NCBI GenBank assembly: GCA_000004695.1
Contig: CM000154.2
Location: 2,592,001 to 2,656,000, forward strand
DNA: 64,000 bases
Reading direction: 5' to 3'
From: Dictyostelium discoideum
Lineage: Eukaryota
Shown here: one piece after another, positions 39,994 to 56,078 of the stretch
Numbering within the stretch: the first letter of the stretch is position 1
How the letters are laid out: each line of letters begins with the position of its first letter
Notes under the pieces: generated by a model
The model's database searches: none
The model's input: only the letters and a program-made list of their open reading frames with translations
What the model was told of the DNA's origin: nothing
Made by a program: the position numbers and the translations under genes

Positions 39994-40460
39994 GGTAATA
40001 CTCTGGAATTACAAATATTCTAATTAGCACATTTACACCACAATAATAAATTAATATTATATAATTGTGGTTTTTTTTTTTAAACTTGTTTAAAAAAAAA
40101 AATGTAAATGAGGAGTGGTCAGTCGTTCCTTAATTAGGTTGAGAGCACATGTCTGGCTCTCCAACTTTCCCACTTTAACTGATCACAGCACTAATTAATC
40201 ATTAATTAAATAATCAATTAATTAAAAGATTTGGCTTCAAATGACCTGAGTACAAAGAAAATTTAAAAGAATTTAAACATCTACATATCCTATAAAAAAT
40301 TTAATAATTTTTTTTTTTTTTTAAATAGAGATTTCTAAAGAAAAAAAAAATATATCTATAAAATATAGGTGTGATGTTTTCTTTTTATGATTCTTTGGAG
40401 TAAAAATCTTTTTATTACTCTTTTAACCCTATTTTTAAAAATGATAATAGTAAAAAAAAA
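39994..40460 (+). repeat. Mosaic-conserved repeat of about 450 bp, copy 1
   Basis: It shares the following blocks with copy 2: ggtaatactctggaattac, tattctaattagcacatttac, gtaaatgaggagtggYcagtcgttYccttaattagg, catgtctg, tccaactttcccactttaactgatcacagcactaattaatcatta, tttggcttcaaatgacctRagtacaaagaaaatttaaaagaatttaaacatctacat, and gtgtgatgtWttctYtttatgattctttggagtaaaaatctttttattactcttttaaccct. Confidence 0.6.
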
Positions 40461-41493
40461 TATGGATAACTTTATAAACTTGGAAATAAAAATTCGTTTT
40501 TACCTATAATAAAAGAGAAAGAGATAAAAAGAGAATTTAAAAAAAATTAGTACATACTTTTTTTTATATTTATTTATTTATTTAGGTATTTTATTTATTA
40601 GAGAATATTTTTTTTGGCTATTTATATTAAAACCTTTTTAATATAATAGTAAATCGATACTAAATAATATTATTTTAAAATGAACATTTAAAAAAAAAAA
40701 AAAAATAATGGTATTAAAAATAAAAAAAAAATAAAAAAAAATAACAAAAAAAAAAAAAAAATAAAATAAAATAAAAATATATTTAAATAAAAATAGAAAA
40801 TAAAAATAAAAATAAATTTCAATGGTTAATTGTGACAAAAAATCCTATTACCCCCATTTGGTAATGTAAAAATTTTTTTTTTTTTTTTTTTTTTAATGTA
40901 GAAATAAAAGATAAAAGGGTGTGATAAAAAAAAAAAAAAAAAAAAAAATTAAAAATTAAAAAAAAATTAATGGAATACAACATTCAAATCAAATTTTTAT
41001 AAGATAATAAAATTAAATTTAATTATCAGCCACCCCTAAGGGGTGTTTTTGTTTTTTTTTTTTTTTTTTTATTGTAAGAGATATTATTTTAAAGTAACCA
41101 AAAATATAATTATTAAATAATGTTTAACTTATTTAATTTATTTTTTTAATGAAATAGAGTTAATTTTGGAGTCCATAAAAACTGCCCATATAAAATAAAT
41201 AAAAAAAAAAATAAAAATAAAAATAAAAAACCTATAAACTCTCAAGAGTTTTACTCCATACTTGTATAATTAAAAATAAAGAATAAAAAAAAAAAAAATT
41301 TTGGATTTTATGAGATGGAAATTTTATTAAAAATAAGAGAGTCCCTATTCCTAAAAAAAACAATTAACGGTCAATAAATATTTACTTGAATGAGAGGTTT
41401 TCCTTTTTTTTTTTTTTTTTTTTTTTTTTGTTTGTATTAATTAAATTATTTTTTTTTTTTTTTTTTTTTTTGTTTTTTTATTGTTTAAAAAGA

Positions 41494-41932
41494 GGTAATA
41501 CTCTGGAATTACTATATTCTAATTAGCACATTTACTCTACAAAAATGATTAAATGATTGTAGTTTTTTTTTTTTTTTTTTTTCATTTAAAAATAAAAAAA
41601 AAAAAAGTAAATGAGGAGTGGCCAGTCGTTTCCTTAATTAGGATGAAAATACATGTCTGATTTTCCAACTTTCCCACTTTAACTGATCACAGCACTAATT
41701 AATCATTAAATAATTTAATGAAAGACTTTGGCTTCAAATGACCTAAGTACAAAGAAAATTTAAAAGAATTTAAACATCTACATAACATAAAATATTATTA
41801 ATTTCACTCTAAATTAAATAAAAGTAAAAAACAATAATAATTATAGTAGTGTGATGTATTCTCTTTATGATTCTTTGGAGTAAAAATCTTTTTATTACTC
41901 TTTTAACCCTCTTTTAAATAATAATAGTTAAT
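41494..41932 (+). repeat. Mosaic-conserved repeat of about 450 bp, copy 2
   Basis: It has the same orientation as copy 1 and lies 1.5 kb downstream. Conserved blocks are separated by divergent AT-rich spacers. Confidence 0.6.
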
Positions 41933-42492
41933 AAAAAAAAACACATTATTTGTACATATTTGACCTAAAATTAAAAAAATGAAGAAAGAGAAAAAAAAAA
42001 AAAAAAAAAAATGGAAATTAGTAAATTTAATTTATAAACTAAAAAAAAAATACCTTTTTAATAATCTCTCTCTCTTTTTTTTTAATTGACTCTTGCTTGT
42101 TTGTCAAATAAAAAATAGTTAAAATGAAAAAAAAAAAAAAACATTTATTGTGATATAAACTTTCTCTTTTTTTTTTTTTTTTTTAATTTTATTTTAATTT
42201 TATTTTAATTTTTCTGTTTTTTATTTTTTTATTTTTTTTTTTTTTTATTTTTTGTTATTTTTTTTATAATAACAATGATATTATCGCCACCACACATCTC
42301 CTTTGGGAAATTTAAATTAAAATAAAAAAAAAAATAAATAAAAAAAATCTTTTTCATAAATATCTTTTTTATTTTTATTTTTCTGTTTTTATTTTTTTTT
42401 TTATTTTTTTTTTATTTTTAATTATTTTTATTTTAAATTTTTTTTTTTTTTTTTTTTTTTTAATCTTATCTTTCACCAATTAAAATGTGATC

Positions 42493-43507
42493 TTATTTTT
42501 TAACAATTTGAACAATATCTTCATCTGCTAAAACGTGATCCTTACCACAACGTTGAGGGTTATGTTTAGCTGAAGAACCCCAAACCAAAGCACTAAATTA
42601 AAATTAAAAAATAATAAATATTAATAAATTAATAATTATATTTATGATAATAATAAAATAATAATAATAAGCAATAATGATTTCATTTGTGTGGTGTATT
42701 TTTTTTTTTTTTTTTTTTGTGTGTGGTAATGGTAGTTGAGTGTGTATTTAAGTGTGTGGATAAAAATTAAATTTTTAAAAAAAAAAAAAAAAAACTTACT
42801 ATCTAAATTGTCTAATAATTGAATTATGAATATGATTACAAAAAGTTTCAATTGAAGCTTCTTCACCACCTCTAATGACGACTGGTTCATTGTAATCTGG
42901 AATGAGACCTTTTGGTTTAGTGTAAACTCTAATCAATTTTAAGTATTCCCAAATTTTATCGAGGAGGGCATCTAAATTCCATTCCAAATGAGAAGAGATT
43001 GGAACATAATGAGGAATTTTATCTAAAAGGTCCAACTCTTCGATAGAGATAGCATCGATCTTATTTAAAACGTAAATACATGGAACGTAGATACGATTGC
43101 CTTCAATGACATCGATGAATTCATCCACTGTACAATTTCCACGTAAAATCACATCTGCATTGTGAATTTTATATTCTGCACAGATTGCTTTCACAGTTTC
43201 ACTATCCAATTGGGTTGGATTGACATTTGGTGTATGTGAAAAGTTAATACCACCCTTCTCCTTCTTTTTGAATGTGATTGGTGGTGGTTGTTTATTCAAT
43301 CTAATACCAAAACCATCCAACTCTCTCTCTATAATCTTTTTATGTACCAATGGTTTCATTGCATCCAATACAATTAAAATAAGATTACATGTTCTACCAA
43401 CTGCAATAACTTGTCTACCTCTACCTTTACCATCTTTTGCACCTTCAATAATACCTGGTAAATCTAATAACTAAAATATATATATTATATATATTAATTT
43501 CAATTTA

Positions 43508-43541
<34 letters not shown>

Positions 43542-44101
43542 TTAAAATATATATTATAATATACTTACTTGAATTTTAGCACCTTTATAATTAATTACAC
43601 CAGGAATACATGTTAAAGTTGTGAATTCGTATGAGGCAACTTCAGATGAGGTACCAGTTAATTTAGTTAATAAAGTTGATTTACCAACTGATGGGAAACC
43701 AATTAAACCAACACGAGCATCACCTGCTTTTGATACATCGAAACCTTCACCTGCACCTGCTGCTGCACCTTTACTTGGTCCTAACAATAATTCTCTTTTA
43801 TATTTTGCTAATTTTGCTTTCAATACACCTAAATGAAAGCTTGTAGCTTTATTTTTTTGGGTACGAGCCATCTATTTATATTTATATATTTATTTTATTG
43901 ATTGATTGATTGATTGGGTTAACATTTTATTCTAAAATAATTTATTTCTTATTTATCATCACTTCCACTATATTGATTGTGTAATATTTCAAATTTTAAA
44001 TTCCATTCTCATTGTAATTGAAGCAAAAGTGATGAATTAATCTGTAAAAAAAAAAAAAAAAAAAAAACTTACCTCATCCTCGACCTCTTTGATTTTTTGT
44101 A
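42493..44101 (-). CDS. drg1: Developmentally regulated GTP-binding protein (DRG1-like Obg-family GTPase), four exons
   Basis: The exons are 44101..44063 ([13 protein letters not shown]), 43871..43569 ([24 protein letters not shown]...[11 protein letters not shown]...YKGAKIQ), 43470..42800 ([36 protein letters not shown]...NKID...IRQF) and 42592..42493 (R)[33 protein letters not shown]). The introns are GTAAGT..AG of 191, 98 and 207 bp with consistent phases. The sequence is collinear with the DRG1 N-terminus through TGS domain. Confidence 0.8.
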
Positions 44102-44934
44102 CAAGACTCATTCTGTATTATATATTTTCTCCCTATATATTGTATAAACTAAAACCTAATTAATTAAAGTTATTTCGATTTAGAAAGGATGTTCTATATA
44201 TATAATTGGAAACGAAAAAAAAAAAAAATAAAAAAAAAATGAAAAAAAAAAAAATTGAAAAAAATTTTAAAAAAAAATAAAAAAAAAAAAGTGAAAATGC
44301 AAAAAAAAAAAAAAAAAAATAAAAAAAAACTAAACAAATAATTTTTGATTTAATGTCAATTCCAATTGGAATTTTTAATATTTATTCATTTGTTTATTTT
44401 CATTTATTACTTTCCATATTATTTATTTGAAATTTTTTTTTTTTAAAAAAAAAAAAAATTTAAAATATGATTTTAATTTATTTGATAAATTTTTTTTCCA
44501 ATTTTATTCAAACTTTTTTTTTTTTTATAGTTTTATTTTTTTGTACAATTTTATTCATCTAAAAGTATTATTATTATTTTCTGATTTTTAATTCTAAAAA
44601 AATATTTTTAAAAAAAAAAAAAAAAAAAAAAATTTAATAAATAAATGAAAAAAAAAAAAAAGATATAAAATAAAAAAATTAAATAAATAAATGAAAAAAA
44701 AAAATAAATAAATGAAAAAAAAAAATAATTTGCATTGATTGTTGCCCCCTAAAACTTTTTAAATCTAAGTTTGTGTTTTTTATTATTGGGGGAGAAGAAA
44801 AAAAAAAAAAAAAAAAAAAATTAAAAATAAAAATAAAAAAAAAAAAAAAAATTAAAAATAAAAAAGAATGGTCATAGAAGATCTTTTTTCCTCCAATAGC
44901 ACCATCTCATTTTTTTTCGCTTTTTTTTTTTTTT

Positions 44935-44983
<49 letters not shown>

Positions 44984-45045
44984 GTTTTTATCAATTTTTT
45001 TTTTGCATCAAAGGCGAGATTTTATTATTGTATGCAGTGCAATGA

Positions 45046-45079
<34 letters not shown>

Positions 45080-45677
45080 CTTATTATAATAATAACAACG
45101 CAAGGTAATTAATTAATTTTAACCATCCATTCAAATAACAGGCAGAAATAAAAAAAAAAAAATAAAATAAAAATAAAAATAAAAAAAAAAAAAAAAAAAA
45201 AATATCGACTGGTAAAAAAAAAAAAAAATAAATAAATAAATAAAAAAAAAAGTAGTAGTAACCCTTTTTCATTAAAATTTGAATAAAAAAAAAATAAATG
45301 AAAAAGAATTACTCTTCACCCATAACCACCTTTTTTTAAAATATTACTTCCACATTGCCCACAAAAAAAAAAAATAAAAAAAAAAAAAAATAAAATAAAA
45401 TAAAACTTAAATTATACATTACCACAAAAAAAACAAAAAAAAAAAGTAAAAATAAACAAAACAATAAATCATTAATAATAAAAAAAAAAAAAAAAAAAAA
45501 GGATTTATTTTTTTAAAAATCTGTGCTTTAGTTTTCAAAAAAAAAAAAAAAAAAATTAAAAGGAATTAAAAAAAAAAAAAATTTGGAGGTGGCCATTTTT
45601 ATTTCGGGTCTATGGGTAAACCCCTCTTTTCTCTCAAAATTTTTTAATAATAATTTTTAAATCCTTTTGGAAAAAAT

Positions 45678-48602
<2,925 letters not shown>

Positions 48603-48647
48603 AAATATTTCATTGAAAATATAAAATTATTTATAATTTTATAAGTA

Positions 48648-48686
<39 letters not shown>

Positions 48687-48826
48687 ATTTAAAAAAGATA
48701 AAAATAAATATTTTGATTTTAAAAAAATATCATTATATTTTACTTTTCTTTTTAAATTTATCATGTTTTTTTATTTATTTATTCATTTATTTATTTATTT
48801 TTATTAATTAATTTAATCTCAAATTA

Positions 48827-48857
<31 letters not shown>

Positions 48858-48945
48858 AGATTTAATAAATAAAATAGATTTTAAAATTCTGAACATTTGC
48901 TCTATACAAAATATATATTATATACAAAAAAACGTAATTTATTTT

Positions 48946-48983
<38 letters not shown>

Positions 48984-49021
48984 CAGTTTGGTTTGGGGTT
49001 TTTATTTAAAATATTATAAGG

Positions 49022-49573
49022 TTAAATTTCATTAGGAAGCGAAAACAACGAAGAAATATCGTAATTGATATAGTTATTTTGATCTGTTGAAACTGAAGGT
49101 GTTGATTGTGATAAAGGTGTAGTTAAATGGTGATGAGTTTGATGAATATGATGATTTATAGTGCCAGTGGTAGAAGCTGACATATTTGGAGTTGGGATAT
49201 TGTTGTTGTTGTTGTTGTTATTGTTATTATTATTGTTATTGTTATTGTTATTGGTTGTGGTGGTTGTAGTATTTAAATTATTAGGTTGAGTTGGATGATA
49301 AGGTAAATGACTCATTTGAGCATGTTCTTGTTTAATATGTTGATGTTGTTGTAATGGTTGTATCCTATGTTGATTATCATCAAAGAGTAAAAAATCGTTA
49401 TTGTTTTCAATTGTATAAGTATTGGTTGTATTATCAGAAGGAATCAATGTTTGGGAACCAGATGTGGATGACCCCCAATAGTCATAATAGTATGGTACCT
49501 CGTGTGGTTCAATTGGGTGACTATTTGAGAATGTTGTATCCGTATTATTACTATTGACTTGTGAATTATTAGT

Positions 49574-49614
<41 letters not shown>

Positions 49615-49796
49615 GATGTTGGTTATGTGTAGTATTTATATGTTGTTGATGGTGTTGAACTTGTTGTGGATGATGTTGTTGAGCTTGTTGTGGATGATGT
49701 TGTTGTTGGTGGTGTTGTTGTGATAGTTGTTGTTGGTAATGTTGTTGCATTAATTGATATTGTTGTTGATATTGTTGATGTTGTTGCATTAAATAT

Positions 49797-49867
<71 letters not shown>

Positions 49868-50063
49868 GGCTTGTTGTTGTTGTTGATAATGATGTTGTTC
49901 CATTGAAGATTGATTTGGTATGATATTTACAGATGTTGAAGAAGGCATTGAAGGTTGTTGAAGATGGAATTGTTGAAATTGTGCATTTTGAATTTGTTGA
50001 TCAATTGGTAATTGTTGAATATGAGGTTGTTGAGAAATAACAGGCATTTGTTGTTGTTGAATA

Positions 50064-50106
<43 letters not shown>

Positions 50107-51521
50107 GCTGTTGTTGTTGTTGTTGTTGTAATTGTTGTTGAGTTTGTTGTTGAGTTTGTTGTTGAGTTTGTTGTTGTTTTGAATTTTTTGGAGATTGTGG
50201 CACTTTTTGTTTGTCATGTGTCTTTTTGGAAGAAAGAGATGGTGAAGAATTTGGGGTTGTTTGAGCCCTAATTATTTTTGGTGCAACCAAAGGTTCATTG
50301 GTTGTTATTGCTGTATTGGTATTACTACTATTGTTATTATTGTTATTATTGTTATTATTATTATTAATACTATTGGTACTATTTGTACTATTATTTAAAT
50401 TATTTGTAGAGGTTGTTGTACTACCAGAGAGTGCAAAAGGTGGAATATTTGATTTTTCAGAAGAATTTGTTGTAGTAGTTGTAGTAGTTGTTGTTGTTGA
50501 AGAGGAAGATTGATATAAAGATATTGGAGATAAAACTGGAGAACTACCATCCTCTGCATCTTCATCGTCATCGTCGTCATCATCTTTCTCTTTGTTTAAA
50601 GATTTTGAATCACCACCAATTTTTTTGAGTAGGGTAGAATTCCAATGATTTTTAATTGCATTTGCAGGTCTACCATCCAACATTTTAGAGATTGCAGTCC
50701 ATTTATTACCCAACGAAGCGTGAGCATCAATGATAATTTTATCCTCTTCAGGGGTCCAATTTGTTTTTCTAACCTCTGGTGAGAGATGATTGAACCATCT
50801 CTCTCTGCATTGTTTACCGATTCTACCGGGTATTTTAGCTGCTATTGAAGACCATTCCTTTGGTCCACATTTATTAACCAACTCTACCAATTTTGCATCC
50901 TCTTCATCCTTCCAAGGTCCCTTAACTATACCAGGACTAGAAGGTTTACCATTGTCTTTACTGGTTGTAGATTGCCATCTCTCCTCTGAATTTTGATATT
51001 TACTCTTACTGCTACTTCTGCTGTTTTTACTCTTTTTAGATGGTGACATTGGTGCTGAGCACGGCCCCAATGAAGGTGACATACTCAATGGAGTTGATGG
51101 TGCTGATAACGATGCATTTGCAAATGCCATTTGCATCGAAGTTAAACCAGGTGATGCTGATAATGGTGTTAAAAGTGGTGATGACACCAATATTGGTTTC
51201 AAACTATTATTGTTACTCATTAAATATTCATTGGTTAAATTGGATGTTGGTTGTCCAACACCCATATCCTCCTCTAGTTTTCTTTTACTTCCCATCATTG
51301 GTGATAATATTTGCTGTTGTTGTTGTTGAGTTTGTTGGTGATGATGATGATGTTGTTGTTGGTGATGATGTTGCTGTTGTTGTTGTTGTTGTATATTTTG
51401 TGGTTGAGATGATAATGTTGGTGTTAATGGTGTTAATGAAGTTGTAATGGAGGGTGGAATCATAGAAGTAGATGTCGTACTCTCTCCGTAATTTTGTTGT
51501 TGTTGTTGTTGTTGCTGCTGC

Positions 51522-51576
<55 letters not shown>

Positions 51577-51751
51577 GCTGTTGTTGATGATGGTGATGTT
51601 GATGTTGATGTTGATGATTTTGGTTAATATTATTATTATTATTGTTGTTATTATTGTTATTATTATTGTTATTATTGTTATTATTATTATTACTATTGTT
51701 GTTCGTTGTCATGATCATATAATGCCCCCCTGTGGATCCACAATACAACAT
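49022..51751 (-). CDS. R2R3-type Myb DNA-binding protein with extensive poly-Q, poly-N and poly-T tracts (909-aa ORF)
   Basis: 'GPWKDEEDAKLVELVNKCGPKEWSSIAAKIPGRIGKQCRERWFNHLSPEVRKTNWTPEEDKIIIDAHASLGNKWTAISKMLDGRPANAIKNHWNSTL' forms two canonical Myb/SANT repeats. The real start may be an internal Met (MIMTTNNN). Confidence 0.7.
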
Positions 51752-51825
51752 TTTAGTAAATTGGTTTTTTTTTTTATTGTTATTATTTTTATTTTATAAA
51801 TAGTTTTATTATTAGTTTGTTGGTA

Positions 51826-51895
<70 letters not shown>

Positions 51896-52244
51896 GTTAT
51901 TTGAAAAAAAGGGTAAAAAAAAAAAAAATTGAAAATTTAAAAAAAAAAAAATAAAAATAAAATTAAATAATTTGAAAAGATTTTTTGGTTAATATATATA
52001 TATATATAAATATTTAATTTATTGAGATTTAGTATGTATATGTGTTATTGTTTGAAAAAAAAATAAAACAATAAAAAAAAAAATAAAAAAATAAAAAAAA
52101 AATAAAAATTAAAAAAAACATAAAAAAAGAGAAAATTTAAATTANNNNNNNNNNNNNNNNNNNNNNNNNNNNNNNNNNNNNNNNNNNNNNNNNNNNNNNN
52201 NNNNNNNNNNNNNNNNNNNNNNNNNNNNNNNNNNNNNNNNNNNN

Positions 52245-52255
52245 GCTCGGTACCC
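52245..52255. other. Cloning-vector polylinker remnant (GCTCGGTACCC, pUC-type SacI-KpnI-SmaI segment) beside the N gap
   Basis: 'gctcggtaccc' sits directly after the N run. GGTACC preceded by GCTC is the pUC18/19 MCS junction, and it is foreign to the local composition. Confidence 0.45.
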
Positions 52256-52380
52256 TAACCTAATTCCTTGCATTGTTGCTTGTGAAAAATATGCATGTAT
52301 TAAACCACTTTGTAATCCTCTTATACCTTCTGTCTTGTAAATCTGTTTAAATGCATCCCATACTCCATTATATATTCTTT
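52256..52380 (-). pseudogene. Mitochondrial carrier (SLC25) family exon fragment, truncated by the gap and vector junction
   Basis: The minus strand reads 'RIYNGVWDAFKQIYKTEGIRGLQSGLIHAYFSQATMQGIRLG', a typical carrier repeat segment (G.WD.f..I...EG...L..G). Confidence 0.4.
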
Positions 52381-52945
52381 GTGAAAATTAATACACAATT
52401 TTAAAATATTAAAAGAATTAAAAAAATTAAAATAATAATGAAATGAACGAGATTAATCAAAAAAAAAAATAAAAAAATAAAAAAACAAAAAAAAAAAATA
52501 ATATAATATTTAAAAAAAAATTATTACCTATTTACTAGAATAACGATAATAATAATATACTAATAATAGTAATTAATAAAGGTGAACTTTTTATACTATT
52601 ATTATTATTATATTTTTATTTTTATTTTTTCCTCCTTTGTATTGATATTAATATAATGAAACAATTCTTGTTATTTGTGTTATTGCTATTGTTTTTTTTT
52701 TTTTTTTATTGCGATATCTTTTTTATTGTGTTAAATTCTCATAAAATGAAGTCTATTATTAGATTAGAACTATTAATTAATTTTATATTAAGGAATTATT
52801 TTTTTTTTTTTTTTGGTTTTGTTTATTATTCCCTATTTATTTTATTTTAAAACAGAACTTTATTTTAATTTAATTTTATTATATTTATTATTTTAATTTA
52901 TTTTTATTTTTTTTTTTTTTTTTTTTTTTGAAAAACACTATAGAG

Positions 52946-53010
<65 letters not shown>

Positions 53011-53519
53011 GCAAAAAAAAAATTTGAAAAAATTAAAAAAAAAAAAATTAAAAATAAAAATAAAAATAAAAATAAAATTAAAAATAAAATTAAAAATATT
53101 TTATTAGATTCAAAATATGAAAATAAGATCCAAAAAAAATAAATAAAAAAATAAAAAATAAAAAATTATAAGATTAAAAAAAAAAAAAATAAAAAAAAAA
53201 AAAGATATTGTTACTTTATGTATAAATTTTCCAACGACAATGTTTTTTTTTTTATTTTATTTTTTTTATTTTTTTATTTTTTTTTTTTTGTTTATCAGAT
53301 GTGTGTATTAACATTCTTTGAAATTTTTCAACTTTTTTCCATAAACTTTAAAATGATCATATGTTTTTTAACTGACTGTTTTACCAACAATAAATAGACT
53401 TTGAAAAAATGATAGCAACATAAAGATTGTGGTTGGGTGAAATTAAACCCATATTTATAAATTATTTAAAAAATAATAAAAAGATGTTTTGGTTAGTATT
53501 TTTAAATCCTAAGGTATAT

Positions 53520-53708
53520 TTAAAAAAAAATAAAAAAAGACCATCTTTTAAGATTTGTAGTGGCACAGCCACGACAACATTGTTGAGATTGAACCACTTG
53601 ACCGTTGTAAGAGGTGACTTTAATCAATTTCTCGTCTTTTGTGGTATCGATATGTTTAACTCTCCACTTGAGGTTAATATCCAATGATTTTGGAAAATGA
53701 TCCAACAT
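53520..53708 (-). CDS. Small hypothetical ORF (62 aa); its status as a gene is uncertain
   Basis: MLDHFPKSLDINLKWRVKHIDTTKDEKLIKVTSYNGQVVQSQQCCRGCATTN is GC-richer than the flanks, and the start sits in a 15-bp inverted repeat. No domain was recognised. Confidence 0.25.
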   Translation of the reverse strand: MLDHFPKSLDINLKWRVKHIDTTKDEKLIKVTSYNGQVVQSQQCCRGCATTNLKRWSFFIFF

Positions 53709-54114
53709 AAAAAATAAAAAAATAAAAAGGTAAAAACAATTGTTTTCAATATGAAAATGGATAACTTTTAGTTTAGATTTTTTTTTTTTTTTTTTTTATG
53801 TTGGATCATTTTTTTTTTATTTTTTTATTTTTTTTATTTTTTTTTATTTTTTTTTTCTTTTTTTTTTTTCTTTTTTTTAATAATTATTTATTTTTGATCT
53901 ACTTTTTCAAAAAAAAAAAAAATAATAAAAAAAAAAAAAAAAAAAAAAATTTTATTTGTATAGATAATTTCTTTTTTTTTTTTTTTTAGTCTTGTTTTTT
54001 TTTTTCTTTTTTTTTTTTTTTTAGTCTTCTTTTTTTTTTCCTTTTTTTTTTTTTCTTTTTTTTTTTTTGGTTTAGCTTTTTTTTTTTTTTTTTTTTTGTT
54101 GGTTATTGATAAGT

Positions 54115-55389
54115 TTATTGTTGTTCGACTGGAGTGGCATTGGTTTCAGTGACAACAGTGACGACTGGAGCAACTGGTAAAGTGTTATTTGATGCCATAG
54201 CGATCATATCAGCATAGGTTGGTTGCTTCTTTTCGTTTGAAGAATCAGTGGTGGTGGCAGTGGTGACTGGGGCAGCTGGAGTTGGTGCGGTTTTCGATTT
54301 ATCTTCAACTTTTGATGGTGATTTCTTTGGTTGAGATGATTGAGTGGTTGATTTTTTGTTTGATGGAGCATTGGTTGAAGCTGCGGTTTGAGTGGTGGTT
54401 GTTGTAGTTGGAGTAGCGGTAGCAGTTGATGATGATGAAGCAGCAACATTTGAAGTTGGTGCAACTGGAGTTGTTGTTGTTGTTGTTGGTGGTGAAACTA
54501 CAGTGGTTTCAACTGGTAATACGCTTTTTTTATCGGCTGGACCCCATTCCATTTTTTTAGTTTCAACAACAGATGTTTGTTGTTCACTTCCATTTAAAGG
54601 TGGGAAATGTTGTGGACCTGGTGGTACAACAACAGTTGCTGCCTTTTGGCTGTGTTTCTCTTTATGTTCATCGTTTGATGAATGATTAGATTTCTTTGAT
54701 TTATTGTGATGTGATTTTGGTTTATTAGAAACTGATGATTTTCTTTCGGTATTGGTGGTGGTAGTTGAAGTTGTAGCAGTGGTGGTTGTAGTGGTTGTAG
54801 TGGTGGTTGGTGATGATGGTGAAGCGGTAGTTGTGGTTGGGGTTGAAGTGGTAGCAGTTGAGGTGGTTGTATTATTATTATTGCTATTATTATTGCTATT
54901 ATTATTATTATGGTGTGAAATATGTTTTGGTTTTCTTTGTGTATGACGCTTTTCTGTATTTGTATTAGTTGGTTTATTTTCTGTATTCTCTGTATTATTA
55001 TTTATATTTTCTTTTGGGGTAGTACTATTATTATTGCTATTTGAAAAATGACTATTATTATTATTGTTGTTGTTGTTATATGTATTATTAAAATCTCTTC
55101 TTGGTGGTCTTGATGAATCTTTTGGACCACGTTGATAGTGTTTACGTTCACCATTTCCAGTGGTGGTAGCTGGTTGTTGTTGTTGTTGTTGTTGTTGGGC
55201 TTGTTGTTGTTGTTGTTGTTGTTGTTGGGCTTGTTGTTGTTGTTCATAGTTACTGTTACTGTTATTGTTATTGTTATAATTTCTTGACCATTGTTTTTGA
55301 CCATTATAATATGAAGATCTATGTGATGAAGCAGCACCAGATGCAGCTGAAGATTGATATGGAGTGAATTGAGCACCGTTTGGTCTACC

Positions 55390-55426
<37 letters not shown>

Positions 55427-55793
55427 GCTGGTGATGGTGTTTTCATTAAAGATTCAGATTTAATTCTAGCTTTAATTTGTTTATCTTTAAAGGTTAAATT
55501 TTTAATTTGATCGTGTGCTTCTAATGCATCTTCCTCTTTATCGAATTGAATGAACCAATAGTTACCAATATCTGATCTGACTGATGATATGGTTTTACCA
55601 GTTTCTGAAAAGATTCCTCTAATCTCTTCAACTGGTGTCTCTGTTGGGATATCTCTTAAAATAATAATATTTCTTTGTAATTTAAATGATGGTTTAATTA
55701 ATGTTTTGGTTTCATCTATAATAACATTTGAACTTTTTGACATAACTTCAACAATTAAATTCATATCAGTTGTTAAATTTTTAACCATCTAAA

Positions 55794-55826
<33 letters not shown>

Positions 55827-56078
55827 TTTTATTTAGTAAATATATTTTTTTTTTTTTATTTATTTATTTTTAATGTTAAAACTTACTTTGAAATTTGCAA
55901 TAACTTCAATTGCAACAAACATTTCATTATTCATTCTACTTGTAAGATAATAATCTGTTGATAAATTCTCACGAGATAAATAATATTCAATTTGTTTTTT
56001 GATGGCATCTTCCAAAGCTTTTCCTTCTAAATTTTGTGGCGTTATCGGTGTTGTTGTTGATGATGATGATGATATCAT
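54115..56078 (-). CDS. La-related protein (La motif plus RRM-like domain, long Gln/Asn/Thr-rich tail), two exons
   Basis: Exon 1 (56078..55887) reads MISSSSSTTTPITPQNLEGKALEDAIKKQIEYYLSRENLSTDYYLTSRMNNEMFVAIEVIANFK (La motif). The intron at 55886..55789 runs GTAAGT...TTTTAG. Exon 2 (55788..54115) reads MVKNLTTDMNLIVEVMSKSSNVIIDE...IIILRDIPTETPVEEIRGIF...YWFIQFDKEEDALEA (RRM-like). Confidence 0.7.

Noticed and set aside
43220-43836. Plus-strand ORFs antisense to DRG exons
   Set aside because: They overlap a strongly supported minus-strand gene.
49354-51799. Plus-strand ORFs (poly-V, poly-L) antisense to the Myb gene
   Set aside because: They are antisense read-through of CAA/CAG-rich coding repeats, with no start context or motifs.
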